DNA of 64,000 bases from Chloroflexota bacterium (GCA_963662335.2 CAXXVD010000002.1:640001-704000); one strand, 5' to 3'. Counted from the stretch's first letter, positions 7,921-18,595 are shown. Made by a program: numbers and translations. The notes: a model not told the origin generated them from the sequence alone.

Positions 7921-10900
7921 TTGACTTCACGCGTGACAGTATTGACTCAAGCACTCTCTTCCCATCCGTTCAGCAAGCGCCATGGTCCCTGGCTTGGCGC
8001 CGCGCTGGCGCTGGCGGCGTGTGTCACCGTCTTCTTCTGGAAGGCGCTCCTGACCGGCCGGGTGCTGGCCGGCTACGACCTTTCGACCTACTTCTACCCC
8101 TATCGCCAGTACGCCGCGGAAGCGCTGCGGCAGGCCAACCTGCCGTTGTGGAACCCCTACCTCTTCCAGGGCGTGCCGTTTCTCGCCAACCAGCAGACCG
8201 CGGTGCTCTACCCGCCGAACCTGCTCTATCTCCTGGTTGCGACCGAAACCGGGCTGGCGCTCTCCATCGCCATTCATCTGATCTGGGGCGGACTGGGCGT
8301 CTACGTCTATACGCGGCAGGCGCACCGGCTGGTGTGGCTGGCGGCGGTGGGCGCGGCGCTTACGTTCGGTCTCAGCGGCTTTCTGGGCGCGCACGTCGGG
8401 CACGTCAACCAGGTGAACGCCGCCGTCTGGCTGCCGTGGGCGCTGCTGGCGGCGCACTGCCTCTACCAGGGGCGCAGCGTGCGCTGGGCGGTCGCGCTGA
8501 GCGTGATCCTGGCCCTGCAGTTCCTGGCCGGACACGCGCAACCCTCGTACATTACGCTCGTTGCCGTCATGCTCAGTTGGCTGGGGTGCGCCGTGTGGGA
8601 TTGGCTCGGCGTCGCCGCCTACCGGCCCGCGTTTCTCACCGGGGCCAGCGCGCCCGCTGCCGACCCCGGCGCGAACGCGCCGCCTGCGGTAAGACCGCAG
8701 CAAGCGCCGGCGTGGTTCGCCGCGCTTACGGACCGGTACACGCAGTTGCTATGGCGGCCGGTTGTGGCGCTCATCCTGCTCGGCGGCGCGTTCGCGGGCA
8801 TGGCGGTCCTCACCGCGCCGCAAGTGCTGCCCATGCTCCAACTCACGCATCACTCCATCCGCCAGGGAGGCTTGAGCTATGGCGAGGCCGCCGCGTTCTC
8901 GCTCTCGCCCCGCGAGTTCTTGGCCGGCATGTTGCCCACGCCGGACGGTTCCGTGAGCACCGCCGAGTACTACGGCTTCGTCGGTATCCTCGCCCTCGTC
9001 CTGGCGCTGCTCGCCGTGGCCTGCGCCTACCGCCGCCCGGCCACCTGGGGTTTCGCGGGACTGGCGGTGGTCTCGGCGCTGCTGGCGCTGGGCGCGTCCA
9101 ATCCGCTCTATCCGGCTCTCTTCGAAGTATTGCCCGGGCTGGATCTCTTTCGCGTTCCCGCGCGCTGGCTCTTGCTCTACACGTTCGCCGCCAGTGTGCT
9201 CGTGGGCATCGGCCTGGACTGGCTCGCGCACGCGGCCCGACACCGTGAGCCGCTGCGCGCACCGCTGCTCCGCTTTGGCGGCGGCGTGCTCCTGCTCGCG
9301 CTTGCCGCTGCCGCGCTGGCGCCGCTCCAGCACACACTTTCGCCGGAACTACCCTTCATTTGGCTTAGCCTTGCCATTGGCAGCGTCGCGCTGGTGGCGC
9401 TGGCAACGCGCGCGCCGCTCGTCCTGTGGCTCTTGCCGCCCGTGCTCGCGCTGGAACTCTTCTGGGCTTCGCGCCATCTGGAGTACAATCAAGCGCCGCC
9501 GGCCATGGCCTACACGGACCCGGGCCCCGTCACCGCTACTCTGCGCGAGGCGTACCAAGGGGGGCGCATCCTCAGCCTCGCCAACACCGCCTACGCGCCC
9601 GGCGTGGAGCCGGAACTGCGGGAGCGGTTCGCCCACCTGGGCGCCGGCAGCACCTACAACCTCTTGGTCACGCAGAAGTACTTCGAGGTCATGACCCCAA
9701 ACACGCCGTTAGGGATGCAGATTGCCACCGTGGACGGCTACGACGGCGGCGTGTTGCCTATGGCCGGCTACGCGCGCATGAAGGACGTGCTGCAAGCCGG
9801 CGCGTCGGCGCATCCGGACACCGTTCTGCGCAACCAATTGCGGTCCGTGCCGCCGCCGCGCATCCTCGACCTCTTTGGCGTGGCCTATCTGTTGAAAGAC
9901 AAGATTCACGATCCCTGGGTAGACGACGTCTTCTACGACACGACGTTTAGCCTCACCCTCGCTGCGGAGCAGCCGACGGTCGCGGTTCCCAACGCGCCGG
10001 ACGTTGCTACCGACCGCATCGGCGTCATCTCGTATCTCACCGGCGCGGCGGCGCTCCCGCAGGGTCAGGTTGTTGCCGTGCTGCGCGTGACGACTGCGGA
10101 TAACCGCGTTATCGAGCGGCCGCTCCAGGCCGGCATCCATACCGCCGAGGGTGAGTACGAGAAATCGACACCGGCGCACCAGGCGGCGCGGGTTGTTGGC
10201 GCGCAGCCGCACCATCCCGACATCCGCCGCTATCACGCCGTGCTCGCGCTTGGCGAGACCGTCGGTGTGAAGGAGGTAGTCTTGGAGTACCGAGCCGCCG
10301 CGGGCGCGCTGCACGTGGCGGCCATGAGCGCCGTCGGGCCTGAGTCCCACGCGCCGTTCATCCTTGCCACCGAGCCGGTCACGCTCCTGTTCAGCGGCGA
10401 CGTCAAGCTCTACCGGCGCGACCGCCCGCTGGGTCTGGTCTACACGGCGGGCACGGTCTACGTGGCGGAGAGCACCGACGCGGCGCGCGCTGCCCTGAGC
10501 GAGCCGGCCTTCCGCGTGGGACAGGACGTCATTCTGGAGCGGGAGGCCGCGTTCCACGAACTGCCGCCGCGCAACGCGCTTACCCGGCTTGGCCGGCCCC
10601 TGAAGCACTGGCTCCAAGGGATGGACGTGTGGGGGGGCGGGCCGCCGTTCGGCGTCGTGCGGCCTAACGCGGAAGCGCGCTTTGGCGAAAGCGCGCCGTC
10701 CGGCGGTGTGGATCTGACGCGCTACACGCTGGCGTACGACGCCAACGCGGTCGCGCTCGCAATCGACCGCCCCCGGCCGGAACTCCTCCGCGTGCGGCTG
10801 GAAACGCCCACGCCGCGGGTGCTCGTCTTTGGCGAGACGTTCATCCCGGGCTGGGAAGCGACCCTGGACGGCGCGCCCACGGAGATCTGGCGCGCGAACG

Positions 10901-11064
10901 CCCACTACCAGGCGGTATGGGTTCCCGCCGGCGCGCACGAAGTTGTCTTTCGCTACCGGCCGGCGGCGTTCCGCCTGGGCGTCGTCATCGCGCTCATTGG
11001 CGCGCCTGCCTTGGGCTTCCTCTGGTTCTTCCCCGTGCTGCTGCGGCGTCTGCGGTGGACGTGA
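7921..11064 (+). CDS. YfhO-family (GT-C) multi-pass membrane protein; start uncertain
   Basis: LPLWNPYLFQGVPFLAN, LAGHAQP, FRVPARW, C-terminal PGWEATLDG...VPAGAHEVVFRYRP. Confidence 0.9.
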   Translation: MTSRVTVLTQALSSHPFSKRHGPWLGAALALAACVTVFFWKALLTGRVLAGYDLSTYFYPYRQYAAEALRQANLPLWNPYLFQGVPFLANQQTAVLYPPNLLYLLVATETGLALSIAIHLIWGGLGVYVYTRQAHRLVWLAAVGAALTFGLSGFLGAHVGHVNQVNAAVWLPWALLAAHCLYQGRSVRWAVALSVILALQFLAGHAQPSYITLVAVMLSWLGCAVWDWLGVAAYRPAFLTGASAPAADPGANAPPAVRPQQAPAWFAALTDRYTQLLWRPVVALILLGGAFAGMAVLTAPQVLPMLQLTHHSIRQGGLSYGEAAAFSLSPREFLAGMLPTPDGSVSTAEYYGFVGILALVLALLAVACAYRRPATWGFAGLAVVSALLALGASNPLYPALFEVLPGLDLFRVPARWLLLYTFAASVLVGIGLDWLAHAARHREPLRAPLLRFGGGVLLLALAAAALAPLQHTLSPELPFIWLSLAIGSVALVALATRAPLVLWLLPPVLALELFWASRHLEYNQAPPAMAYTDPGPVTATLREAYQGGRILSLANTAYAPGVEPELRERFAHLGAGSTYNLLVTQKYFEVMTPNTPLGMQIATVDGYDGGVLPMAGYARMKDVLQAGASAHPDTVLRNQLRSVPPPRILDLFGVAYLLKDKIHDPWVDDVFYDTTFSLTLAAEQPTVAVPNAPDVATDRIGVISYLTGAAALPQGQVVAVLRVTTADNRVIERPLQAGIHTAEGEYEKSTPAHQAARVVGAQPHHPDIRRYHAVLALGETVGVKEVVLEYRAAAGALHVAAMSAVGPESHAPFILATEPVTLLFSGDVKLYRRDRPLGLVYTAGTVYVAESTDAARAALSEPAFRVGQDVILEREAAFHELPPRNALTRLGRPLKHWLQGMDVWGGGPPFGVVRPNAEARFGESAPSGGVDLTRYTLAYDANAVALAIDRPRPELLRVRLETPTPRVLVFGETFIPGWEATLDGAPTEIWRANAHYQAVWVPAGAHEVVFRYRPAAFRLGVVIALIGAPALGFLWFFPVLLRRLRWT

Positions 11065-11377
11065 CGCACATCCCGGCGGAGCGTCGGCAGCAAGACCGTT
11101 CATGCTTCGACAAGGGCTTCGCGCAGCACTCGGCGCGAACGGAGAATGGAGCGTTGCAGGCTGCTACCCGGTTCCTCCGCGTCCGCCCTGAGCATCGTCG
11201 CAGGCCGGACGGCTTGCATTGCCTATTCTCCTGGTAGCCTATTGGACAACTTGCGTGGCAATAGCGATGGTGATATGCTCCCTTGGCTTACAGGACTAAG
11301 GACGATTCACGCGTGTCCGGTGAGGGTGCTATGCTAATTCTGTGAAAGTGCCTATCAGCGAGACGGAGGTACGAGAG

Positions 11378-11653
11378 ATGACTCAGGGTGATTTGATAAA
11401 AGACATTGCGTCACGCACGGGTACTACCCAGAAGGCGGCCAAGACGTTCTTGGATGCTTTTGTCGAGTCGGTACAGGACTCGCTCAAGCGTGGTGAAAAC
11501 GTCGCTATTTCGGGATTCGGCACGTTTCGCGTGGCGCAGCGCGCGGCGCGGGCCGGGCGCAATCCGCGCACGGGCGAACCCCTGCAAGTGGCGGCGCGCA
11601 AAGCGCCGGTATTCACGGCCGGCACCACACTCCGCAAATCCGTCGGCGGCTAG
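11378..11653 (+). CDS. hup: HU family DNA-binding protein
   Basis: GFGTF and RAGRNPRTGE signature; GGAGG RBS. Confidence 0.97.
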   Translation: MTQGDLIKDIASRTGTTQKAAKTFLDAFVESVQDSLKRGENVAISGFGTFRVAQRAARAGRNPRTGEPLQVAARKAPVFTAGTTLRKSVGG

Positions 11654-11667
11654 CGGTCTTCCCCATA

Positions 11668-12699
11668 TTGCCAGCGGCGGTCTGCGTGGCGGGCCGAGCG
11701 GCTTGCCTCACCGCTACGCTGATTGCGCTGCTCGCGTTGGCTGTGGCGTGCGGCCCAGCGCAGCAGACTGCCGTCCACGGCGCGGTGCGCTTGCTGGTGG
11801 CGCCGGACGACGGCGCGCACGAGTTGCGCGCGTGGTTGCGCAGCGCCGAGCATTCCATTGACATAATGGTCTATCTGCTCTCGAGTGATGAGATCGTGGC
11901 GGAGTTGCTGGCGGCGCGGCGGCGCGCGGTGGCAGTGCGCGTCTTGCTGGAGGAAGATCCGGTCGGCGGCGGCGAGAGCAACCGCATGAGCGCGCAGCAG
12001 TTGGCGGCCGCCGGTATCGCGGTGCGGTGGGCAAGCGCGGCCTTCCGCTTCACCCATGCCAAGGTGATTCTGGTCGACGGCGCGCAGGCCGCCATTATGA
12101 CCCTCAATCTTACGCCGAGTTCGTTGCGCTCCAATCGTGAATTCGCCGTGCTCGTAGAAGACCCCGCGGTGGTACGCGCCTTGGCGGAACTCTTCCAGAG
12201 CGATTGGGAGGGTGTGCCGGCCCCGGAACTGGAACCTCCTCTAGTTGTCAGCCCCGTCAACGCTCGTGGAACTCTGCACGACCTGATTGGCGGCGCGCGC
12301 CAGAGCTTGGAGATTTACGCGCCTTCCCTGGAGGATGACGCGATCGCGGCGGCGCTGGCGGCAGCGGCCGGCCGGGGCGTGCGCGTCCGCCTGCTGACGA
12401 ATCCGCCCACTGAGCGCGACCCCTACGGCGATGAACGCGCCTTGCTGCGCCGGCGCGGCGGCATCGTGGGCTTCCTGGACTTTCCCAACGTGCACGCCAA
12501 GGTGGTGATTGTGGACGGCCAGCGCGCGTTTGTGGGCAGCCAGAATTTCACCGCCACCTCCCTGGACCTGAACCGCGAGGTGGGCATTCTCATCGATGAG
12601 CCGGCGGCGCTCCGGCGCTTGCAGCAGACGTTCGAGGCCGATTGGGCGCAGGCGACGCTGGAACGGAATGAGACGCAACGCCTTGCCCCCGCCGCTTGA
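11668..12699 (+). CDS. Phospholipase D-like protein (two HKD motifs), probable lipoprotein; start uncertain
   Basis: HAKVILVD and HAKVVIVD...GSQNF; LAVAC lipobox. Confidence 0.88.
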   Translation: MPAAVCVAGRAACLTATLIALLALAVACGPAQQTAVHGAVRLLVAPDDGAHELRAWLRSAEHSIDIMVYLLSSDEIVAELLAARRRAVAVRVLLEEDPVGGGESNRMSAQQLAAAGIAVRWASAAFRFTHAKVILVDGAQAAIMTLNLTPSSLRSNREFAVLVEDPAVVRALAELFQSDWEGVPAPELEPPLVVSPVNARGTLHDLIGGARQSLEIYAPSLEDDAIAAALAAAAGRGVRVRLLTNPPTERDPYGDERALLRRRGGIVGFLDFPNVHAKVVIVDGQRAFVGSQNFTATSLDLNREVGILIDEPAALRRLQQTFEADWAQATLERNETQRLAPAA

Positions 12700-12779
12700 G
12701 GATGCCATGCGGCGAGACAGCCGTGACCCGTGTGCCGCAGAATAGGCTTCCCGGCGTTGGAGATGAAACGCTCAGTCGT

Positions 12780-12829
12780 TTGACGCTGCGCCGCGCGCGT
12801 GCTACGCTAATTCCTAGAAGACGGCTAGG
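12780..12829 (+). promoter_or_regulatory. suf promoter (TTGACG-17-TACGCT, extended TG) and CCTAG-N7-CTAGG putative Rrf2 operator
   Basis: Seen directly upstream of the rrf2 gene. Confidence 0.6.
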
Positions 12830-12863
12830 GTTTCGCGTGACGTGAGCCGGTGGAGATAGAGCA

Positions 12864-13340
12864 ATGTTGGGGATTTCCACCAAGGGACACTACGGTCTTG
12901 TGATTATGACGGCGCTGGCCGGCGCGGCGGATGCAAAGCCGCTCTCCCTGGCGCGGATCGCCGATGAGACCGGCATTTCGCTCGGCTATCTGGAGCAGAT
13001 CGTTTCGACGCTCAAAGAGGCCGGCCTGGTGGAGAGCACGCGCGGCGCGAAAGGCGGGTACGTGCTGGGCAGAGCGCCGGCCGAGATTACGGCTCATCAG
13101 ATTATACTGGCTACCGAGCGCGAGATTGCGCCGATATCGTGCTCGCTGCAACCGGAAGAGGGCGTCTGCTGCGAGCGGGTGGACTACTGCCCCACGGTTT
13201 TCTTGTGGGGGCGGCTGGAGCAGCAACTCAACCTGGCGCTGGGGGATACGACGCTGGCGGATCTGGCGCGGCACAACCGCAGCAGCCGGCCGTCGGCCCG
13301 CGGCCAAACACTAGCGGCGCCTGGGCGCGCGGGCGCATAG
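12864..13340 (+). CDS. Rrf2 family (IscR-like) regulator
   Basis: YLEQI...LVESTRGAKGGYVL; Cys cluster; heads the suf operon. Confidence 0.93.
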   Translation: MLGISTKGHYGLVIMTALAGAADAKPLSLARIADETGISLGYLEQIVSTLKEAGLVESTRGAKGGYVLGRAPAEITAHQIILATEREIAPISCSLQPEEGVCCERVDYCPTVFLWGRLEQQLNLALGDTTLADLARHNRSSRPSARGQTLAAPGRAGA

Positions 13341-13396
13341 GCGCGGCAGTCGCGGCGCTCAAGCACCAAGGATAGAGACGGAAGGCACAACTAACG

Positions 13397-13909
13397 ATGC
13401 CGGTGTTCGATACCCACAAGGCAGTGAAGGCGCTCGCGAGCGCGGGCTTCCCGGACCACCAGGCGGAAGCGCTGGTTGACGTGGTGGGCGAAGAACACGA
13501 AGCGCTGGCGACCAAAGACGGCCTGGAAGCGACGGAGCAGGCGCTTCGAACCGATGTGCAAGCGTTAGAGAGTTCGGTTCGAAAGGATATGCAGGCACTG
13601 GAGAGTTCGCTTAGAGCGGATATGCAGGCACTGGATAAATCCCTTAGAGCGGACATGCAGGCACTGGATAAATCCCTTAGAGCGGACATGCAGGCACTGG
13701 ATAAGTCGCTTCGAGCGGACATGCAGGCGCGGGAAGCCAGATCTGATGCTCGGTTCGAAGCCTTGGAGAAGGCATTGAGCGAGTGCACGACCAAAGCCGA
13801 AATGCGCGAAATGGAGTTGCGGTTGCGGCTCACGTTGGGCGCATATGTGTTTGCGGCGACCGGCCTCATGATCGCCATTATGTTCGGGCTGGAGCTTTGG
13901 TCGCGGTAG
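13397..13909 (+). CDS. DUF1640/CCDC90-like coiled-coil protein with C-terminal TM helix
   Basis: FDTHKAVKALASAGF..QAEA, LATKD, 11-aa repeats ADMQALDKSLR. Confidence 0.85.
   Translation: MPVFDTHKAVKALASAGFPDHQAEALVDVVGEEHEALATKDGLEATEQALRTDVQALESSVRKDMQALESSLRADMQALDKSLRADMQALDKSLRADMQALDKSLRADMQAREARSDARFEALEKALSECTTKAEMREMELRLRLTLGAYVFAATGLMIAIMFGLELWSR
13553..13730 (+). repeat. 33-bp coding tandem repeat, about 5.4 copies
   Basis: Units start at 13553, 13586, 13619, 13652, 13685 and 13718. Confidence 0.9.
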
Positions 13910-14040
13910 CGTGCACAGGGGGCCGCCCGTTGCCGCGATTGAGGGCAGCGCGGGCGCTGCCCGTTGGCGAGAAGCAAGTGTAAGTATCGTTAGGACGTAC
14001 GGCGTTGTCTTGAGTGCAGAGAGGTAGATAGCAGAGCGCG

Positions 14041-14805
14041 ATGGCTACTGAGCAAGCGTTTTTCCACATAGAAGATCTCCACGTGGAGATCGAAGAGAAC
14101 GAAATCCTGCGCGGGGTCGATCTCTCCGTCAAGCGCGGGGAGATACACGCGATCATGGGGCCGAACGGCTCCGGCAAGAGCACCCTGGCCCACACGTTGA
14201 TGGGGCATCCGAGTTACGAGGCCACCGCCGGCCAGGCGCTCTTCAACGGCGAGGACATCCTGGAAAAGGATCCGAACGACCGCGCCAAGCTCGGTCTCTT
14301 CCTCGCCTTCCAGTATCCGCTGGCGATTCCCGGCGTGAGCACGCTGAACTTCCTGCGCACGTCCCTGAAGGCGGTGAAGCAGAAGGAAATCAGCGCGCGG
14401 GAGTTTCGCAAGCACCTGCTGGGCAAGATGGATCTGCTCAAGATCAATCGCGAGTTCGCCGGCCGCTACCTCAACGACGGCTTCTCCGGCGGCGAGAAGA
14501 AGCGCATGGAAATCCTCCAGATGGCGGTGCTGGAACCCCAACTCGCCATCCTGGACGAAATCGATTCCGGCCTGGACATCGACGCCATCCGCGCCGTCGG
14601 CGAGGGCATCTCGTCGCTCATGCATCCGGAGATGTCCATCGTCATCATCACGCACTACCCGCGCATCCTCCACTACGTGCGGCCCGACTACGTGCACATC
14701 ATGGTGGACGGCAAGATTCGCCAATCGGGCGGCTTCGAACTGGCGGAGGAGCTTGAGGCCAAGGGCTACGACGTGCTGCTTCAGGAAGTCATGCAGACTT
14801 CGTAG
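14041..14805 (+). CDS. sufC: Fe-S assembly ATPase SufC
   Basis: GPNGSGKST, FLAFQYP, GFSGGEKKR, DEIDSGLD. Confidence 0.97.
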   Translation: MATEQAFFHIEDLHVEIEENEILRGVDLSVKRGEIHAIMGPNGSGKSTLAHTLMGHPSYEATAGQALFNGEDILEKDPNDRAKLGLFLAFQYPLAIPGVSTLNFLRTSLKAVKQKEISAREFRKHLLGKMDLLKINREFAGRYLNDGFSGGEKKRMEILQMAVLEPQLAILDEIDSGLDIDAIRAVGEGISSLMHPEMSIVIITHYPRILHYVRPDYVHIMVDGKIRQSGGFELAEELEAKGYDVLLQEVMQTS

Positions 14806-14877
14806 ACGCGGAGATGAAATACGCGAAAGTGAATTCGCGAAGATTGAATTCGCGGAGATGAAAACGTCCGCTCCTGT

Positions 14878-14911
14878 CCCCTCTCCCGCTGGGAGAGGGC
14901 TAGGGTGAGGG
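14878..14911 (+). repeat. BoxC-like palindrome CCCTCTCCC-N3-GGGAGAGGG..GGGTGAGGG (family E)
   Basis: Related copies at about 24214-24245, 38043-38075 and 55699-55735. Confidence 0.7.
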
Positions 14912-14965
14912 CCGCGAGTCAGTTAGACACCACATCGCACAGGCGCGAGGAAGGCAGGCGCAGCA

Positions 14966-16381
14966 ATGGCCGTAACCGAGAAGGACATCCAAGAGAGCAA
15001 GAAGGTCTACAAGGAGAAGTACGGCTTTGCCGACCCGGACCAGGCGATCTACAAAGCGCCGAAAGGCCTCGACCCGGAGCGCGTGATCGAGATTTCCCAG
15101 ATGAAGAACGAGCCGGAGTGGATGCTCGAGTTCCGGCTCAAGTCGCTGGAGATCTTCAACAAGAAGCCGGTGCCCAAGTGGGGCGCGAATCTCGACAAGA
15201 TCCCCTTCGACGACCTCTCCTACTTCGTGCGCACCACGGAGAAGCAGGGCACAACCTGGGAAGACGTGCCGGAGTACATCAAGGATACGTTCGACAAACT
15301 GGGCATCCCGGAAGCGGAACGCAAGTTCCTGGCCGGCGTTTCCGCCCAGTACGAGTCCGAGGTCGTCTATCACTCCATCCAGAAGGACCTGGAGGCCAAG
15401 GGCGTCGTCTTCCTCAGCACCGAGGAAGGGCTGGAGCAGCATCCGGAACTCTTCCGCACCTACTTTGGCACGGTCATCCCGTCGGCGGACAATAAGTTCG
15501 CGGCCATGAACGGCGCGTTCTGGAGCGGCGGCTCGTTCGTCTACGTGCCGCCGGGGGTGCAGGTGACCATTCCGCTGCAAGCCTACTTCCGCATCAACGC
15601 CGAGCAGATGGGGCAGTTCGAGCGCACGCTCATCATCGTGGACGAGGGCGCGTACGTGCACTACGTGGAAGGCTGCACCGCGCCGGTCTACTCGACCGAC
15701 TCTTTCCATAGCGGCGTGATCGAGATCATCGTTAAGCAGAACGCCCGCTGCCGCTACACGACCATCCAGAACTGGTCCACCAACGTCTACAATCTGGTGA
15801 CCCAGCGCTCGGCGGTCTATGCCGGCGGCGTGATGGAGTGGGTGGACGCCAATCTCGGCTCGAACATTACGATGAAGTATCCGAGCGTCTATCTGATGGA
15901 GCCGGGCGCGAAAGGCGACATTCTCTCGATTGCCTACGCGGGCGACGGCCAGGTGCTGGACGCCGGCGGCAAGGCGATTCACGTGGCGCCGAATACGTCT
16001 TCCAAGATCATCTCCAAGTCCATCAGCCAGCACGGCGGGCGCACCTCGTTCCGCGGCCTGCTGAAGATCTACAAGGGCGCGGAGCAGGCCAAGTCGGCCA
16101 TGCGTTGCGACGCCCTCATTCTGGACCAGGAGTCGCGTTCGGATACGTATCCGACCATTGAGATTGAAGAGGAGCAGGTGAATCTCGGGCACGAGGCGGT
16201 GGTGAGCCGGATTGGCGAAGACCAACTCTTCTACCTCATGAGCCGCGGCCTGAGCGAGTCCGAGGCGGCGGGCATGATCGTCAGCGGCTTCATCGAGCCG
16301 ATCGTCAAGGAACTGCCGATGGAGTACGCGGTGGAAATGAACCGCCTGATACAACTGCAAATGGATAAGGCGGTGGGCTAG
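14966..16381 (+). CDS. sufB: Fe-S assembly protein SufB
   Basis: [41 protein letters not shown]. Confidence 0.98.
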   Translation: MAVTEKDIQESKKVYKEKYGFADPDQAIYKAPKGLDPERVIEISQMKNEPEWMLEFRLKSLEIFNKKPVPKWGANLDKIPFDDLSYFVRTTEKQGTTWEDVPEYIKDTFDKLGIPEAERKFLAGVSAQYESEVVYHSIQKDLEAKGVVFLSTEEGLEQHPELFRTYFGTVIPSADNKFAAMNGAFWSGGSFVYVPPGVQVTIPLQAYFRINAEQMGQFERTLIIVDEGAYVHYVEGCTAPVYSTDSFHSGVIEIIVKQNARCRYTTIQNWSTNVYNLVTQRSAVYAGGVMEWVDANLGSNITMKYPSVYLMEPGAKGDILSIAYAGDGQVLDAGGKAIHVAPNTSSKIISKSISQHGGRTSFRGLLKIYKGAEQAKSAMRCDALILDQESRSDTYPTIEIEEEQVNLGHEAVVSRIGEDQLFYLMSRGLSESEAAGMIVSGFIEPIVKELPMEYAVEMNRLIQLQMDKAVG

Positions 16382-16557
16382 AAGCGGATTGTCTCGCGGA
16401 AACGCGACGTGGGCGGCGCGCGGCGTTGAGCGCCAGGCACAGCGGCACGGCTCGCCGTGCGCGTGTCTGGCGCAATTGCTGTAGGACACCCCGCGCGGGT
16501 GAAGCAGGGCCTGGGCAGGATTGACGCCGGTTTCAGCTCCGGCACAGGCAATTTCAA

Positions 16558-16792
16558 TGTCATTCCGCGCGCAAAGGCTACCGGATGTCATTCCGAGCGC
16601 AGCGAGGAATCTAGTGCGTAGCGCGGCGGCTTGTCCCCCGCACGAGTGTCGAGACGTGGAGCCGGGGCTTGTTCGCCCCGCAAGGAACTCGGGACGTAGC
16701 GCGGGGGCTTGTCCCCCGCTCTTGGTTGGTGCGCACAACGAAGATGCGTTCCGGCATTCGCGACAGTGTCGGTCAAACCACCGGGAATGACG
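16558..16792. repeat. Intergenic REP cluster: family B (TGTCATTCCGAGCGCAGCGAGGAATCT) plus family A copies
   Basis: Family B at 16586-16612; also at 20407, 31070, 31559(-), 56584, about 56990(-) and 61233. Confidence 0.85.
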
Positions 16793-16866
16793 GAAAGACC
16801 GCAGAAAGCTCAAAACAACTTGGTGAGCGAAGCAGCCTGGCAAGGCACGGATCAGGAAAGGCAAGC

Positions 16867-18231
16867 GTGACTCAATCGTCAGTCGAACAGAAGCCGCTAA
16901 CGGCGTTGCAGGGCATAACCACAGAAGCGTGGCAGGAGATTTCGCGGGCGTGCGGCGAGCCGGACTGGGCGCGCAACCTGCGCCGCAAGGCGTGGGAAGC
17001 CTACGTGGATACCCCCATGCCGTCGCTGAAAGATGAAGATTGGCGGCGCACCGACTACCGCGAATTGAAGCCGGACGACCTGCTGCTCTACCTGCCCGCC
17101 GGCCTCTCCGCGGCGCGTGAAGCCGACCTGCCGGATGCGCTGCGGTCTCGCCTGGCTATCGGTGACGAATGGGGCGGCCTGGCCGTGCAGGTCAATTCGG
17201 AAGTCGTCTTTTCGCGACTTGACGAATCGCTGCGCGCGCAAGGCGTCATCCTCGCGCCGCTGGCGGAAGCAATGCACGCGCATCCGGAGCTTGTGCAGCC
17301 GCACCTGGGGCACGTCGTCACGCCCGACGACGGCAAGTTCCCGGCGCTGCACGGCGCGTTCTTCGCCGGCGGTATCTTCTGCTACGTGCCGCCGGATACG
17401 ACGGTGGAACTGCCGCTTCAGGCGTCATTCTGGATGACTGCCGAGAACGTCGCCGTCTTTCCCCACGTGCTGTTGGTGGCGGACGTTGGCAGCCAGGTGA
17501 CGTTCGTCGAGCGCTACGCCAGTCCCAGCCTGGAAGCGCAGTCGTTCTCGTGTCCGGCCACGGAGGTGGTGGCCAAAGACGGCGCGCAGGTGCGCCACGT
17601 CACGGTGCAGGACTGGGGGCGGCACGTCATCGAGTTGGGCTTCCAGCGCTTCCGCGTCGCCAACGACGGCAACCTCCACACCATTCTCGCCGCCACCGGC
17701 GGCAAACTGGTCAAGAACTACGTGGACAACAGTTTCGCCGGTTCGGGGGTAGAGTCTTTTCATCGCGGGTTCTTCTTCACCGACGGCACGCAGCACATGG
17801 ACTATAAGACCATGCAGGACCATCTGGCGCCCTACAGCACCAGCGACCTGCTGATCAAGGGCGCGCTGCGCGACCGCTCGCGCGCCGTCTTTACCGGCGT
17901 CATCAACGTGCGCAAGGGGTCGAAGCGCACCGACGCCTACCAGGAGAACCGCAACCTGCTCCTGAGCAAGCGCGCGCGCTCCGACTCCATTCCCATCTTG
18001 GAAATCGACAACGACGACGTGCGCTGCACCCACGGTTCGGCCACCGGGCAGGTGGACCAGGAAGAACTATTCTACGTGATGGCGCACGGCCTGGACAAGA
18101 ACGACGCCGCGCGCATGTTGGTGGAAGGGTTCTTCAGCGAGGTGATCCAGCATACGCCGGTGGACAGCGTGCGGGCGCAGCTTGCGGAGGCGGTGCAGCG
18201 GAAGATGAGCGGCTGGCAGGTGGAGGATTGA
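16867..18231 (+). CDS. sufD: Fe-S assembly protein SufD
   Basis: EDWRRTD, AYQENRNLLLS, PILEIDNDDVRCTHGS. GTG start at 16867 preferred because the upstream extension is REP DNA. Confidence 0.95.
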   Translation: MTQSSVEQKPLTALQGITTEAWQEISRACGEPDWARNLRRKAWEAYVDTPMPSLKDEDWRRTDYRELKPDDLLLYLPAGLSAAREADLPDALRSRLAIGDEWGGLAVQVNSEVVFSRLDESLRAQGVILAPLAEAMHAHPELVQPHLGHVVTPDDGKFPALHGAFFAGGIFCYVPPDTTVELPLQASFWMTAENVAVFPHVLLVADVGSQVTFVERYASPSLEAQSFSCPATEVVAKDGAQVRHVTVQDWGRHVIELGFQRFRVANDGNLHTILAATGGKLVKNYVDNSFAGSGVESFHRGFFFTDGTQHMDYKTMQDHLAPYSTSDLLIKGALRDRSRAVFTGVINVRKGSKRTDAYQENRNLLLSKRARSDSIPILEIDNDDVRCTHGSATGQVDQEELFYVMAHGLDKNDAARMLVEGFFSEVIQHTPVDSVRAQLAEAVQRKMSGWQVED

Positions 18232-18234
18232 CGG

Positions 18235-18546
18235 ATGGCGAATTTCATTCGGGTAGCGTCCGTAGACGAGATCCCGGAGGGCCGGGCCATCGTCGTCGAT
18301 ATAGACTACGATAGTCTGGCCCTGGCCCGCGTTGACGGCGAGGTGTACTGCATTGACAACGTCTGCACCCACGATGGCGGGCCGCTGGGCGAAGGCGAAC
18401 TGGACGGCACGACGCTGGAGTGCCCCCGCCACGGCGCCCGCTTCGACGTTTGCACCGGCCGCGCCATGACGTTTCCGGCCGTGGTGCCGGTGAACACCTA
18501 TGACGTGCGCATCGATGGCACGGACGTGCTGGTGGACGTGGGATGA
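18235..18546 (+). CDS. Rieske-type [2Fe-2S] ferredoxin
   Basis: CTH...CPRH motif. Confidence 0.95.
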   Translation: MANFIRVASVDEIPEGRAIVVDIDYDSLALARVDGEVYCIDNVCTHDGGPLGEGELDGTTLECPRHGARFDVCTGRAMTFPAVVPVNTYDVRIDGTDVLVDVG

Positions 18547-18595
18547 CCCCTTTCACAGGCCAAGGCCGCGCCTGCGGTGAAGGCAGCGCCTCTAG

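Noticed and set aside
14900-16864. Long antisense ORFs (also 38868-40484, 26066-27457, 9709-11103)
   Set aside because: These are shadow frames of well-supported genes in high-GC DNA.
16669-16866. N-terminal extension of SufD, and many short ORFs containing GDKPPRY/RGTSPRAT
   Set aside because: These are translations of intergenic REP A DNA, not genes.
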